Below, piece after piece: positions 21,205 to 30,519 of a DNA stretch of 64,000 nt. Origin of the DNA: Planctomycetota bacterium (GTDB lineage Bacteria > Planctomycetota > PLA2 > JAEUHO01); contig CBDCTJ010000007.1 in assembly GCA_965222115.1 (NCBI GenBank), forward strand, positions 2,144,001 to 2,208,000, given 5' to 3'. The notes under the pieces were generated by a model. The model did not search any database. It was given only the letters and a program-made list of their open reading frames with translations, and was not told where the DNA came from. The position numbers were made by a program, and so were the translations under genes. Position 1 is the stretch's first letter, and every line of letters starts with the position of its first letter.

Positions 21205-22332
21205 ATGCGTATGCCATGTTTCGTCGGGGCGTTTGCTGCGGCGTGTCTACTTTTTGCGTTGCCCGCCACACTGCGTGCCGAAGAGGGTCAGGGGCCCGCC
21301 GATGACAACGCGGTGCTTGCCGATCTCAATCTGGGCGATCATTGGTTTGGTCCCGAGATTTCGCATAAAGACCTCAAGGGCAAAGTAGTGCTCTTTGAAA
21401 TGTGGGGCCACTGACCGGGTTGCAAGGCGATTACGCCGCATTTGGTCAGTTTGGCCAAGCGACTCGAAGGTCGACCCTTCCATCTCATTGCTAGCTTTTG
21501 CCAGCGGGGTGAACGAGACACTACGGTTGCCTACATCAAGTCCAAGGGGCTCGAAGCGAACACGCCCAATTTGACCGTCACGTACCAAGGGCGGCATGCC
21601 GGCATCAAAGGTAATGGGTATGTGCCCTACTACGCGGTATTCGATCACCGCGGCAACCTTGCCCATCATCACATGTGTGGTCAGTGGCACGGTGGCGATG
21701 GACTCAAGATGATCGAGTGGGTGGACAAACTGCTGGAAGATGCGCCTGGTATCTATCTCGGCGACGAGCCCTACGAGAAAATTGCTGCGATTGCGAAGCA
21801 AGTCAGCAAAAAGAAGAGTCTTGCGGGTGCCGTGAAGAAACTCGACAAGGGGATGGCCTCGGAAGACACCGACGCCGAAACCAAGACCGAAATGAAGCGA
21901 TTGTACGACGCGCTCACCGCCTGGCGCGACGGGGCTATGAAGCGCGCCGTAGATGCAATGGCCACCGAGCCGTCCGACGTCGTGGTGCGCCTGACGCAAT
22001 TAAGTAGGGATTTCAAGGGCTCGAGCCTCGGTGCCGATGTGGACGAGCGACTGAGGACCATTAAGGCGAGCAAGGAACTCAAGACATCCATCGCCATTGC
22101 GAAGAAACGTGACAAGATCTTGAAGGGCCTAGCGAAACTCAAGCCCTGCAAGTCGTGCAAGCGCAAGGGCTCTTCCGCGGCGCGAAAGGCGTGTGCCGCG
22201 TGCCGCAAGGAGAACGCAAAGGCTTTCGAGCGCGCTGAGAAGAAGTGGAAGGCGCTCATTGAGGAGGCCGCGGACCTGCCCATCCAAGCCACGCTTGAAA
22301 AGGTACTCCCCCGGATCCAGGGCAAAAAGTAG
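21205..22332 (+). CDS. Exported TlpA/redoxin-like protein with in-frame UGA (putative selenocysteine, UxxC)
   Basis: ORFs 21205-21414 and 21442-22332 are in the same frame; read-through gives DLKGKVVLFEMWGH-U-PGC-KAITPHL, with TGA at the first Cys of the CxxC motif. Confidence 0.85.
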
Positions 22333-22646
22333 TCGATTTCGGCGATCGTCCGAACGCCCAAACACACTCTGGTGACAATACTACGGCCTACTGTTCGTCG
22401 CGGGGGCGGTATGCCTCTGCTCGTGCGGCCACTCGCGACCACTTAAGAGGAACCGAGGGACCGAGGGAGTTCCTTCATGGCGGTGGGCTGTGCGCAATTC
22501 ATTCGGCGTAAGGACCGATGTAAGCAGTTAGGCCCGGATTCGTTGGCATGAGGCGAACGCTGAACGGGCAAGGTGGCTGAAGAGGCATGAGGGCGATCGG
22601 GCGTGAGCGTGATCTCGCTGCCCGCGAGCCGAAAAAGGAGGACCGC

Positions 22647-23300
22647 GTGCGGTACCTATTGAATACGCGTTTCATGAGCTCATCGATGGCGATCGCGGGC
22701 TTGATGTCTGCTGCGGTCTTGTTTTCCGGCTGTATTTCTCAGTCGTCAGGCCCCGCCACGCGATCCACACCCGCTGGCACCATTGAGTCTTTTAAGAAGG
22801 CCGCCGCTCGCGGCGACCGTCGTGCCGAATGGGACATTCTGAGCCCCAACTTCAAGAAGCGTTTGAGTCGTCAAGCCGGTCGTAACGTGGACTTGGCCGA
22901 CTACATCACGGCGCGCAATGCCCTTCGCAGCGATCCTCAAGTGCGCCTCGCCGAGTCCATGCTCAAGACAGCCAAGGTCCAGCGCACGGAGATGCAGGGC
23001 GAAAACTCGGCCTACCTCACCATTACAGCGGGCCCCCTCGGTGTAAAGAAGACCGCGCGCATTCACATGGTGCGCATGCAGCGATGGGAGCTTCATGTTG
23101 CCGGCGACGACGAGCCCTATTCTGGCATCGTCGGCGATTCATCCTCTACCTACCGACGTAATGCCGATGGCGGCTACACGGTTTCCGGTAGTGGTGGCTT
23201 CAGCGAGACCTTCCGCCGCGACGAGATTCGCGACTTCAAGACCAGCACCAAGTGGTATGTAGACGACCTCGGTGGCATGGAACGACAGTTCATGCAGTAG
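22647..23300 (+). CDS. Hypothetical lipoprotein
   Basis: AAGGAGG SD + GTG; lipobox-like FSGC after a hydrophobic stretch. Confidence 0.75.
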   Translation: MRYLLNTRFMSSSMAIAGLMSAAVLFSGCISQSSGPATRSTPAGTIESFKKAAARGDRRAEWDILSPNFKKRLSRQAGRNVDLADYITARNALRSDPQVRLAESMLKTAKVQRTEMQGENSAYLTITAGPLGVKKTARIHMVRMQRWELHVAGDDEPYSGIVGDSSSTYRRNADGGYTVSGSGGFSETFRRDEIRDFKTSTKWYVDDLGGMERQFMQ

Positions 23301-23351
23301 CGCTCGTGCTACCCGCAGTGGCGTATGATTTCGCGCTAAGCGCGGTGCGTT

Positions 23352-23993
23352 ATGCCACTTGAATCAATCGAGCTACCCATCGACGCGCCGCGGTTTCGCC
23401 GCACGCCGCCGCCCGAAGTCGTGTCGCTTCTCCGCGACGCGGACGAGTTCGTACACAACTTCGTAGAAGATCGACTCGACGACCCCATTGCTGGCTATGT
23501 CCCGTGTGACTTTCAGTTGGCGTATTTCGCGTTGCGGCACGTTGTCGAGCGTCGGTTGATGCTTGGCAGTACATTTTGCGAGTGGGGGAGCGGGCTGGGC
23601 ATTGTTTCCTGCCTGGCGGCTTGTCTCGACTTTGACGCGTCAGGCATCGAGATCGAGGGCGAACTTGTCGAGGCATCGACGGCTTTTGCCCGCGACCACG
23701 AAATCGTCGTTGAGTTGGTTCAAGGGAGCTTTATTCCGCCCGGTTCGGACGACTGCCTCGACGACGTGGGGGACTTTGCGTGGTTGCTTCCCGGTGGCCA
23801 CGACGGTCATGCGCTGCTCGATCTGGACGTGGACGACATCGATGTGGTCTTCGCCTACCCGTGGCCCGGTGAAGAGGACATCGTATTTGATCTCTTCAAT
23901 CATCACGCAGCGCCCGGCGCGCTTCTGCTCACGTACCACGGGATGGATTCGATGCGCCTGCAGCGAAAGCGACGGGCTAAGGGGCGTCGCTAG
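23352..23993 (+). CDS. Class I SAM-dependent methyltransferase-like protein
   Basis: FCEWGSGLG motif I, GIEIE motif II, VVFAYPWPGE. Confidence 0.85.
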   Translation: MPLESIELPIDAPRFRRTPPPEVVSLLRDADEFVHNFVEDRLDDPIAGYVPCDFQLAYFALRHVVERRLMLGSTFCEWGSGLGIVSCLAACLDFDASGIEIEGELVEASTAFARDHEIVVELVQGSFIPPGSDDCLDDVGDFAWLLPGGHDGHALLDLDVDDIDVVFAYPWPGEEDIVFDLFNHHAAPGALLLTYHGMDSMRLQRKRRAKGRR

Positions 23994-25434
23994 TCCGATC
24001 CAGATCGAAGTAGTCGAGAATGAAGGCACGCGGATCGTCGCTCTTGATGCAGCGCACCATGTCGAGCAGACGCTCCAAATCGCGCTTGCGCTTAGCGGCC
24101 GTTTCTTCGGGGCTCACCCGTGTGTGGTCTAGCGGCTCAACGTATCGAAAGCGACCTTCGACGGGCGTGGGTTCAATTACGCCCAGATCGGCAAGCGTAA
24201 TGACGACGTAGTCCATTTGGCCGTGGCTGCCACCCTTGCCAAGGACTTCGAGTCGCAATTCGTCTACGTCAAAGTCTGCGTGCGCATACGTGCGTAACAT
24301 CTCGGCCGTGCGCGTGACAAGATCAACTGGCGGATTCTTCCATTCCACGAAGTTTTGCTGAATGGCGAGATCTTCGCCGGCATAAAGCAGTGTGCAGTCG
24401 GAGGTGAGTCCATCGCGACCCGCGCGGCCAACTTCTTGGTAGTAAGCCTCCACACTGCCCGGCACTTGCGCATGCACAATGAAGCGAATATCGGGCTTGT
24501 CCACGCCCATGCCAAACGCGTTGGTCGCACAGAGTAGCAATCGTTCGTCCGGCGTGGCCTCAATGAACTCGTCATAGATCTTCTTCTTGTGGGACGGATC
24601 GAGCCGGCCGTGATACATCACCACGCGTCGATCAGGGAGTGCCTTACGAATGTCGTGCGCCATACGCTCTAAGTCTTTAATCAGAGCGAAATACACTATG
24701 CCCGTGCCGCCCATGGCGATGGCAATGCGTGCAATTTTGGCCACCTTCTCTTGATCGCCATGGACTTCGCGCATCGAAAGACTCAGATTGGGTCGATCGA
24801 GCCCCTGCGCAAAGAGCGGCATGGCCTCGTCGGTGCGATCCAGGGTGCGTAAGATGTCGGCGCGAACTTCGGCAGTAGCGGTAGCTGTTAGCGCGATGGT
24901 GGGCGGTGAACCCAGCGCATCGCGGTAGCGACCCACGTCCTGGTACGCAGGGCGCAAGTCGTGACCCCATTTTGTGATGCAGTGGGCTTCGTCAATTGCG
25001 AGCAGTTTGATGGCGCGCCCGTCGCGTTTCCGTCGTGACTCGAGCGCCGCCGTGAACTCGGGCTTCCCCATACGCTCGGGCGTGGCATAGAGAATCTCAA
25101 ACGCGCCCTCGGCCACTTGCTGGTAACGCTTCTCGCGCTTGGCCTTGCTCAGTGTGCTGTTGATGTAGGCGGCGTCCACGCCCTTGCGCCGAAGCGCCGA
25201 CACTTGGTCTTCCATTAGTGCGATGAGCGGACTGAACACCAGCGTGAGTCCCGGGCCCGGCAGCGCGAGCGCCGGGAGTTGATAGCAAAGGCTCTTGCCC
25301 GAGCCCGTGGGCATGACGACAAGTGCGTCACCGCCGCTCATAACCCGTTCTATGATCTTGGCTTGAAGCGGACGTAGCGCTTCCAGTCCAAAACGGGATT
25401 CCAATACCCGTTGGACGTCGGACGATGTTGGCAC
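23977..25434 (-). CDS. recQ: RecQ-family ATP-dependent DNA helicase (no HRDC evident; start uncertain)
   Basis: MPTGSGKS, SPLIALMEDQ, IDEAHC, ALTATA, ATNAFGMGVDK, YYQEVGRAGRDG. Confidence 0.94.
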   Translation of the reverse strand: MPTSSDVQRVLESRFGLEALRPLQAKIIERVMSGGDALVVMPTGSGKSLCYQLPALALPGPGLTLVFSPLIALMEDQVSALRRKGVDAAYINSTLSKAKREKRYQQVAEGAFEILYATPERMGKPEFTAALESRRKRDGRAIKLLAIDEAHCITKWGHDLRPAYQDVGRYRDALGSPPTIALTATATAEVRADILRTLDRTDEAMPLFAQGLDRPNLSLSMREVHGDQEKVAKIARIAIAMGGTGIVYFALIKDLERMAHDIRKALPDRRVVMYHGRLDPSHKKKIYDEFIEATPDERLLLCATNAFGMGVDKPDIRFIVHAQVPGSVEAYYQEVGRAGRDGLTSDCTLLYAGEDLAIQQNFVEWKNPPVDLVTRTAEMLRTYAHADFDVDELRLEVLGKGGSHGQMDYVVITLADLGVIEPTPVEGRFRYVEPLDHTRVSPEETAAKRKRDLERLLDMVRCIKSDDPRAFILDYFDLDRTSDAP

Positions 25435-25442
25435 GTTGGACG

Positions 25443-26639
25443 CTATTTCGTTGCTGTTGAAGCGGCCGCGGAGGAGGCCTGTTTGCCTTGTTCCGGTGCC
25501 ACGGCAACGCCGTCTTTGGTCAACCCAAGTTTGTCGAAGGACTTTAGAATCTTGGTTCGCGCGCGCGCCCACTTGAGCCGCAACAGTGATCCGTATTTGG
25601 CGTACGCTTTGGCCTCGAAGGAACGGGCCTCCAGGCGAGCGTCTCGCATGCGTTCTAACAGGTCGGCGGTGTCGCTCACGACAGACGCGTCGCCTTTCCA
25701 CGTACTCAGCGCATTGCGAATGCGGTTCTCTTCCGCCGCCTGCAAGGTGGCCACGATGGCTCGCAGGGATAACATTTGGAACTGAAGCGTTTCACGCTGC
25801 TGTTCCATATGCTCTTGATTGCCCGCGTGAAGCTGTGTCAACTTGTCTTCAATGGCGGCCTGCTCGATCTCCCACTCGATTCGCGCCGCCTCGCGGCGTT
25901 CGATCTCTGCCTGTACGTAGTGTGCAAGTCGCCAGTAGTAATCGATTTCGTGTTTCCACACTGGGCGCCCATGGCGCAAACGACGATCGAAGTCGTGTTC
26001 GAGATTCCTCAACTCGTGATGACCAGCCGGCAGGCCCGTGTGAGGATTGTGGCGTCGTACTCCTTTGGACCCGAGTCCGAGCGGGCTCGTAACTTTTACG
26101 CGCACGGTTTCGTACTGATTCATCGCGCCACCGAGTTCGGTGTAGAGCGCGGCAATCTCGCGAACGGCCCGCGTCCAGTGCTTGGGCGCTAGGTGGATCC
26201 AGCTTGTGTGGGTCGTGGGTCGCAGCCAGCGATCGGCACTCTTGAACCACTCGACACGGCGGGTCATGCGACGTGCACGGGGCTTCAAAATGGAGCGCCA
26301 CGCATCCACCGCAGCCCGGTCGTATTTGCCGCGGGACGGTGCCTTCTGATGAAGAGCCAACTGGCCGCGAAACGCGGCAAACAACGCACGCAAATCGACA
26401 GGTCCCTGGGGTTGTGTTGGTGCGTCGGACTTGGCGGGATTTTGGCCTTCGCCGGGCTCCGCTTCACGTGGCGCTTCGGCCTCGCTCGGATCGCCGGGCG
26501 ATTTGGGTGCCGGAGCGGGGGCCCCAGGGGCTTCGTCCTCCCCGAACGCGCAATTTGAGATGTTTGGGAGGCTCAAAGCAAGTGAAATGAGCGCTATGCG
26601 GGCGAGGAGGGACGCCCAACTACGAGTTGCAACTACCAT
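25443..26639 (-). CDS. Secreted hypothetical coiled-coil protein
   Basis: Signal-peptide-like N-terminus, Pro/Ala linker, helical body; ends 8 nt before the recQ start. Confidence 0.7.
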   Translation of the reverse strand: MVVATRSWASLLARIALISLALSLPNISNCAFGEDEAPGAPAPAPKSPGDPSEAEAPREAEPGEGQNPAKSDAPTQPQGPVDLRALFAAFRGQLALHQKAPSRGKYDRAAVDAWRSILKPRARRMTRRVEWFKSADRWLRPTTHTSWIHLAPKHWTRAVREIAALYTELGGAMNQYETVRVKVTSPLGLGSKGVRRHNPHTGLPAGHHELRNLEHDFDRRLRHGRPVWKHEIDYYWRLAHYVQAEIERREAARIEWEIEQAAIEDKLTQLHAGNQEHMEQQRETLQFQMLSLRAIVATLQAAEENRIRNALSTWKGDASVVSDTADLLERMRDARLEARSFEAKAYAKYGSLLRLKWARARTKILKSFDKLGLTKDGVAVAPEQGKQASSAAASTATK

Positions 26640-26984
26640 TTTGAAATCTCACAAGAATCGGACCACGGAACCGGGAACCCGAGATCAAGCCGAACTTTCA
26701 CGGAGATTCTGAGTCTAACGTAGTCGGTGGATTCTTCGGAGCGCACGAGCCAACCCCGCCTGTCTTGGTAGGCTGCCTTCGGCAAATTCGCCTCCAAATC
26801 GCGAATTTTCCCGCCTTGGCGAAGATCGCATGGGCATGAGCGCGTCGGGAATTTCCAGGCGCAGCAAGGGAGCTGAGGAATGAGTACCTGTAGCAATTCG
26901 ATGAGCCGTTCGACGTGCGGATCGCCCGGGCGACCTTCACGCTCCGATGCGCATTCGCCCACGGTGTCGAGGGTGAACACGCCA

Positions 26985-28709
26985 ATGAGGCCGGGTCTCG
27001 GGAAGCGTGTGCTTCCGAGCCTTACTGTCTTGGCCCTCGCCTTGCTTCCTTTCGCGGGGCTTGGCGGCACCGCACAGGCCGCGGAGAAACCCGGAAAGTT
27101 TCACAAGGTCGATCGCTGGGGTTTCAAAATTCGCGCGCCGAAGGGCTGGACGAAGGCCGTCATGTCGGCGCAAGAAAAGTGGATTGCCGCCAAGTTCATT
27201 GGCAAGAAGGGTCTTCAGCCCAAAGGCAAGAACGAGTTTTATGTAAACGAAAAGCCCGACATGTGGGTGATTGCCTTTCCTGCCGACCGCGAACGGCTCC
27301 GCACGGCCAAGCGCGACAAGAAGACGAAGCGCGTCAAGATCGACGATCCCTATCGCGACTACAAAGATTTCCTCAAGCGCGAAAAGTGGGCCGCGTCCGG
27401 TGGATTCTATTTTTCAAAGGAAGAAGAAACCACCGTCAAGGGCATCAAAGTTTCAGTCTACGAAGTCAAGGTCGAGAAGAGCGTGAACGCACCTAAGCGC
27501 CTCATAGCCTGGATGTTTCACTTTCCTACGGTCGAGTTCGCGATTCAGTTTCGTGTACTCGAAGATCATGTGGATGACTACCGAAGCACCTTTGAGGCCT
27601 GCTTTCGATCCATCGCCGTGACAGGGCCTGCCAAAGCGCTTGCCGTTACCACCGGTAAGGCCATTGAAGACGAAGGCAAGTCCGAAGATGACATGACGCC
27701 TGAGGAGCGCCGTCGGCACCGCGCCGAAGAAGTCAATCGTCTCTTGCGTAGCGAGATCGCGGCCCTTGAAAAGCCGTGGTACAGCATGGAGTCTGAGCAC
27801 TATGTAGCGTTGACCAATACGGACAAAAAGTTCGTCAAACGCACACTGGACCATGCCGAGGCCCTGCGGAAGTATCTCGACGAGACGTTCCCCGATCTCG
27901 GAAGCGACTTTGTTCCCCGCGGCGTCCTGCGTATTTTCAACTCTCGCGACGAGGAGCGCGCGTTTCAATCCGGTACGGCAAGCGTGTGGGCGGCCAAGGT
28001 CGAACAAGTACTCGTCAGTAAAGCAGTTGGCGAAGAAAAGGATTGGGAACACGAGTACATGGGCAGGCGCATTACGCGCCAGTGGATCAGTTTTCGAAAC
28101 AAGGAACTCTATAGGCTCATGCCCTATTGGATCCGTCAGGGTCTTGTTCAGCACATGGCATTCGCCAAACCCAAGGGCCGACGCATTGCGTTCAAGCCCG
28201 ATCCATACGACGCCGACAGCCTGCGCAAGCTCATCAAGGGTGAGAAGTCGATCCCGTTGGTGAAACTGCTTACGGGTGACGATGACGCGTTCAAAGAACA
28301 CGCGCACAATCTCCAAGCGGGTTCGGTCGTGGGTTGGATGTTGGGCAAAGGCAACCGCGGGAAACTCAAGGGTGCCGTTGAGAAGTATCTTGTCCAACTC
28401 GTTGGCATCGTGGACGAAGAGACGGAAGCCTTTGAAAAGAAGCAGAAGGAACGCAAAGCGATTCTGTTAGGCAAGCGCGAGAAAAAGGAAGGCGAAGAAG
28501 GCGGCGATGATGCCGAAGAAGAAGGTCTTTCCGACGAAGAGGAAGAGCGGCTGGGCGAAGAGTTTGAGCGCATGTGGAAAGAGTTCTCGGACGCGCTCAA
28601 GGAGCGCTCAAAGTCGATCCGAAAACGCGCGTTTGAAGCCGCATTTGGTCAGCTAAAGGACCGCGACTGGAAGAAGTTGGACAACGCATGGAAGAAGTTT
28701 GCCGGCTAG
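26985..28709 (+). CDS. Secreted DUF1570/peptidase-MA-like protein with degenerate Zn motif
   Basis: Signal peptide (AQA-AE); HEYMGRRITRQW...PYWIRQGLVQHM sits where the neighbour has HExxH...PAWLNEGLAEY; acidic C-terminal tract. Confidence 0.78.
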   Translation: MRPGLGKRVLPSLTVLALALLPFAGLGGTAQAAEKPGKFHKVDRWGFKIRAPKGWTKAVMSAQEKWIAAKFIGKKGLQPKGKNEFYVNEKPDMWVIAFPADRERLRTAKRDKKTKRVKIDDPYRDYKDFLKREKWAASGGFYFSKEEETTVKGIKVSVYEVKVEKSVNAPKRLIAWMFHFPTVEFAIQFRVLEDHVDDYRSTFEACFRSIAVTGPAKALAVTTGKAIEDEGKSEDDMTPEERRRHRAEEVNRLLRSEIAALEKPWYSMESEHYVALTNTDKKFVKRTLDHAEALRKYLDETFPDLGSDFVPRGVLRIFNSRDEERAFQSGTASVWAAKVEQVLVSKAVGEEKDWEHEYMGRRITRQWISFRNKELYRLMPYWIRQGLVQHMAFAKPKGRRIAFKPDPYDADSLRKLIKGEKSIPLVKLLTGDDDAFKEHAHNLQAGSVVGWMLGKGNRGKLKGAVEKYLVQLVGIVDEETEAFEKKQKERKAILLGKREKKEGEEGGDDAEEEGLSDEEEERLGEEFERMWKEFSDALKERSKSIRKRAFEAAFGQLKDRDWKKLDNAWKKFAG

Positions 28710-28826
28710 TAGCCCGCAAGGGCGCGCCTCGGTTGACGTGCCGCCACGTGGTAATCGTAGCGATGCTAAAGACCGTGACGCTATAGACGGTGATGCCAAA
28801 GACAAGCGAGTTCAGGGAGAAACAGC

Positions 28827-30449
28827 GTGAACTGCATCAAGAATACCGCGGCGACCGGTAGTTCGCGAATGGCGAGGCGAAGCGTTTACTATGCGCTACT
28901 CGGCGTCGTGTGCCTGTGCGGGGTACTCGTTTTCTCTTCGGGCCAGGCGTTCGGCGACATGCTTTCGTTGAAAGACGGCCGCTTCATCATGGACAAGGAG
29001 ATCGAGGAGTCCGAGAAGGGCTACACGGTCACGTTCGAGAACGGCAAAGTGTTTGTTCCACGGGAACGGGTTGACAGCTACTTCGACGGTGACAGCGACT
29101 CAGGCTTTGTACCCAAGACCGATGAGGAAAAAGCGAAGGCCGAGAAGGGCCTGGCGCCATGGAAGGGCAAATGGATCAAGGCGAAGAAGCGCGCCAAGCT
29201 CGTCGAGGAAGAGATTGAAAAGCTTCGAAACAACCTGATTCAGCAAAAGGAGCGCCGACTCTGGCGCAATGCAGTCACGGTGAAGACGAAGCGCTTCACG
29301 TTTAAGCACACGTTGCCCGACTCGCTGTTCGAAGAGTTCAAGACGCTGTTCGAGATCTACTATGCCACGTTTACCAAGCAGTGGCGTGTCAAGCCGTCAA
29401 AGAAGTATGGCAAGGCGACCATTAACATTTATCAGAACGAGGACTATTTCCTTCAGGTGAGTGGCGCCAGCAAGGGTACGTGCGGCTATTACCAACTGCT
29501 CGAGCGCGATCTGCACTTCTATTTTGATCGGGACCGTAAGCGTTTCACGATTGATGTGATGTTTCACGAAGGCAATCACATGCTTACGCACATGATCAAT
29601 GAGAGCATTTGGTATCCCGCGTGGCTCAACGAAGGGCTCGCCGAGTACTACGGCGCAAGCCAATGGCTGCCGGAAGAAAAGAAGATGAAAACTGGCGGTG
29701 TTCAGAGCGGCCGGTTGTGTGTGCTGTGGATGCGCATCGAAGACGATGGCAAGTTTCAGGGCCTCGAAGAGTTGATTCGAACGCCGCGCGTCAATGTCGA
29801 GCAGTATGCGTGGGCGTGGTCGTTTTGCCACTTCCTCATGTCCACGGAGAAGTACGCGAAGCGTTTCATGAAGTACTACTTGGCGCTTGGCAGTGACAAG
29901 CGCGTCAAGCGCATCGACTATGCCTATGGCCTGCGGCAAATCCCCGTGGACGAGCAAATTGTACAGCTCAAGAAGTATCTAAAGGTCAAAGACTTGGATG
30001 CGCTTGAGAAGGAGTGGCACGACTACATCAAGACCACGTTGGCCCTGGATAAGGTGAAGGTGAACTACGCCGACGCGGGCTGGATTTGCTACATGTACGG
30101 CGAGACGGTGAAGTCTCGGAAGTTCTTCAAGAAGGCCATCGAGCAGGGCACCGACTCGGGCTACGTCTACTACATGCATGGCCTCTTGCAGTTTCGATTG
30201 GGGCGCAACACCAAGGCCAAGGCGGATGCCAAGAAGGCAACGGAACTGGATCCGCTTCACGCGCGATCGTGGCTTTTGTTGGGCGAGTGCACCTATGAAA
30301 AGGGCGACAAGAAAGAAGGCATGCGCCTTATGAAGCTGGCACGCGAGTTGGCTCCCGACGACATGCAGATTTGGTATGAGATTGAGTCCCGCAAGTTGGA
30401 CGAACAGGATGAAGCGGCCAAGGAAGCCGCCAAGGCCGCAGGCAAATAG
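28827..30449 (+). CDS. Secreted DUF1570-like gluzincin + TPR protein
   Basis: GGGAG SD; signal peptide; FHEGNHM...PAWLNEGLAEYY; YAWAWSFCHFL; C-terminal TPRs. Confidence 0.85.
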   Translation: MNCIKNTAATGSSRMARRSVYYALLGVVCLCGVLVFSSGQAFGDMLSLKDGRFIMDKEIEESEKGYTVTFENGKVFVPRERVDSYFDGDSDSGFVPKTDEEKAKAEKGLAPWKGKWIKAKKRAKLVEEEIEKLRNNLIQQKERRLWRNAVTVKTKRFTFKHTLPDSLFEEFKTLFEIYYATFTKQWRVKPSKKYGKATINIYQNEDYFLQVSGASKGTCGYYQLLERDLHFYFDRDRKRFTIDVMFHEGNHMLTHMINESIWYPAWLNEGLAEYYGASQWLPEEKKMKTGGVQSGRLCVLWMRIEDDGKFQGLEELIRTPRVNVEQYAWAWSFCHFLMSTEKYAKRFMKYYLALGSDKRVKRIDYAYGLRQIPVDEQIVQLKKYLKVKDLDALEKEWHDYIKTTLALDKVKVNYADAGWICYMYGETVKSRKFFKKAIEQGTDSGYVYYMHGLLQFRLGRNTKAKADAKKATELDPLHARSWLLLGECTYEKGDKKEGMRLMKLARELAPDDMQIWYEIESRKLDEQDEAAKEAAKAAGK

Positions 30450-30519
30450 CCAAGTAGCCGCACAGGTAAGCGCAGTTTGGCGTTTACCCACACGAGGCGC
30501 CCGCCTGTACCATGGTTGT

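Noticed and set aside
21412-21414. UGA as evidence of an alternative genetic code (Trp or Gly)
   Set aside because: TGA works as a normal stop elsewhere (vapC, dusB, oppA, oppB); only this one falls on a catalytic Cys position.
25435-25701. Extended recQ N-terminus in the ORF track
   Set aside because: Overlaps the upstream gene; RecQ similarity begins near VPTSSDVQRVLESRFG.
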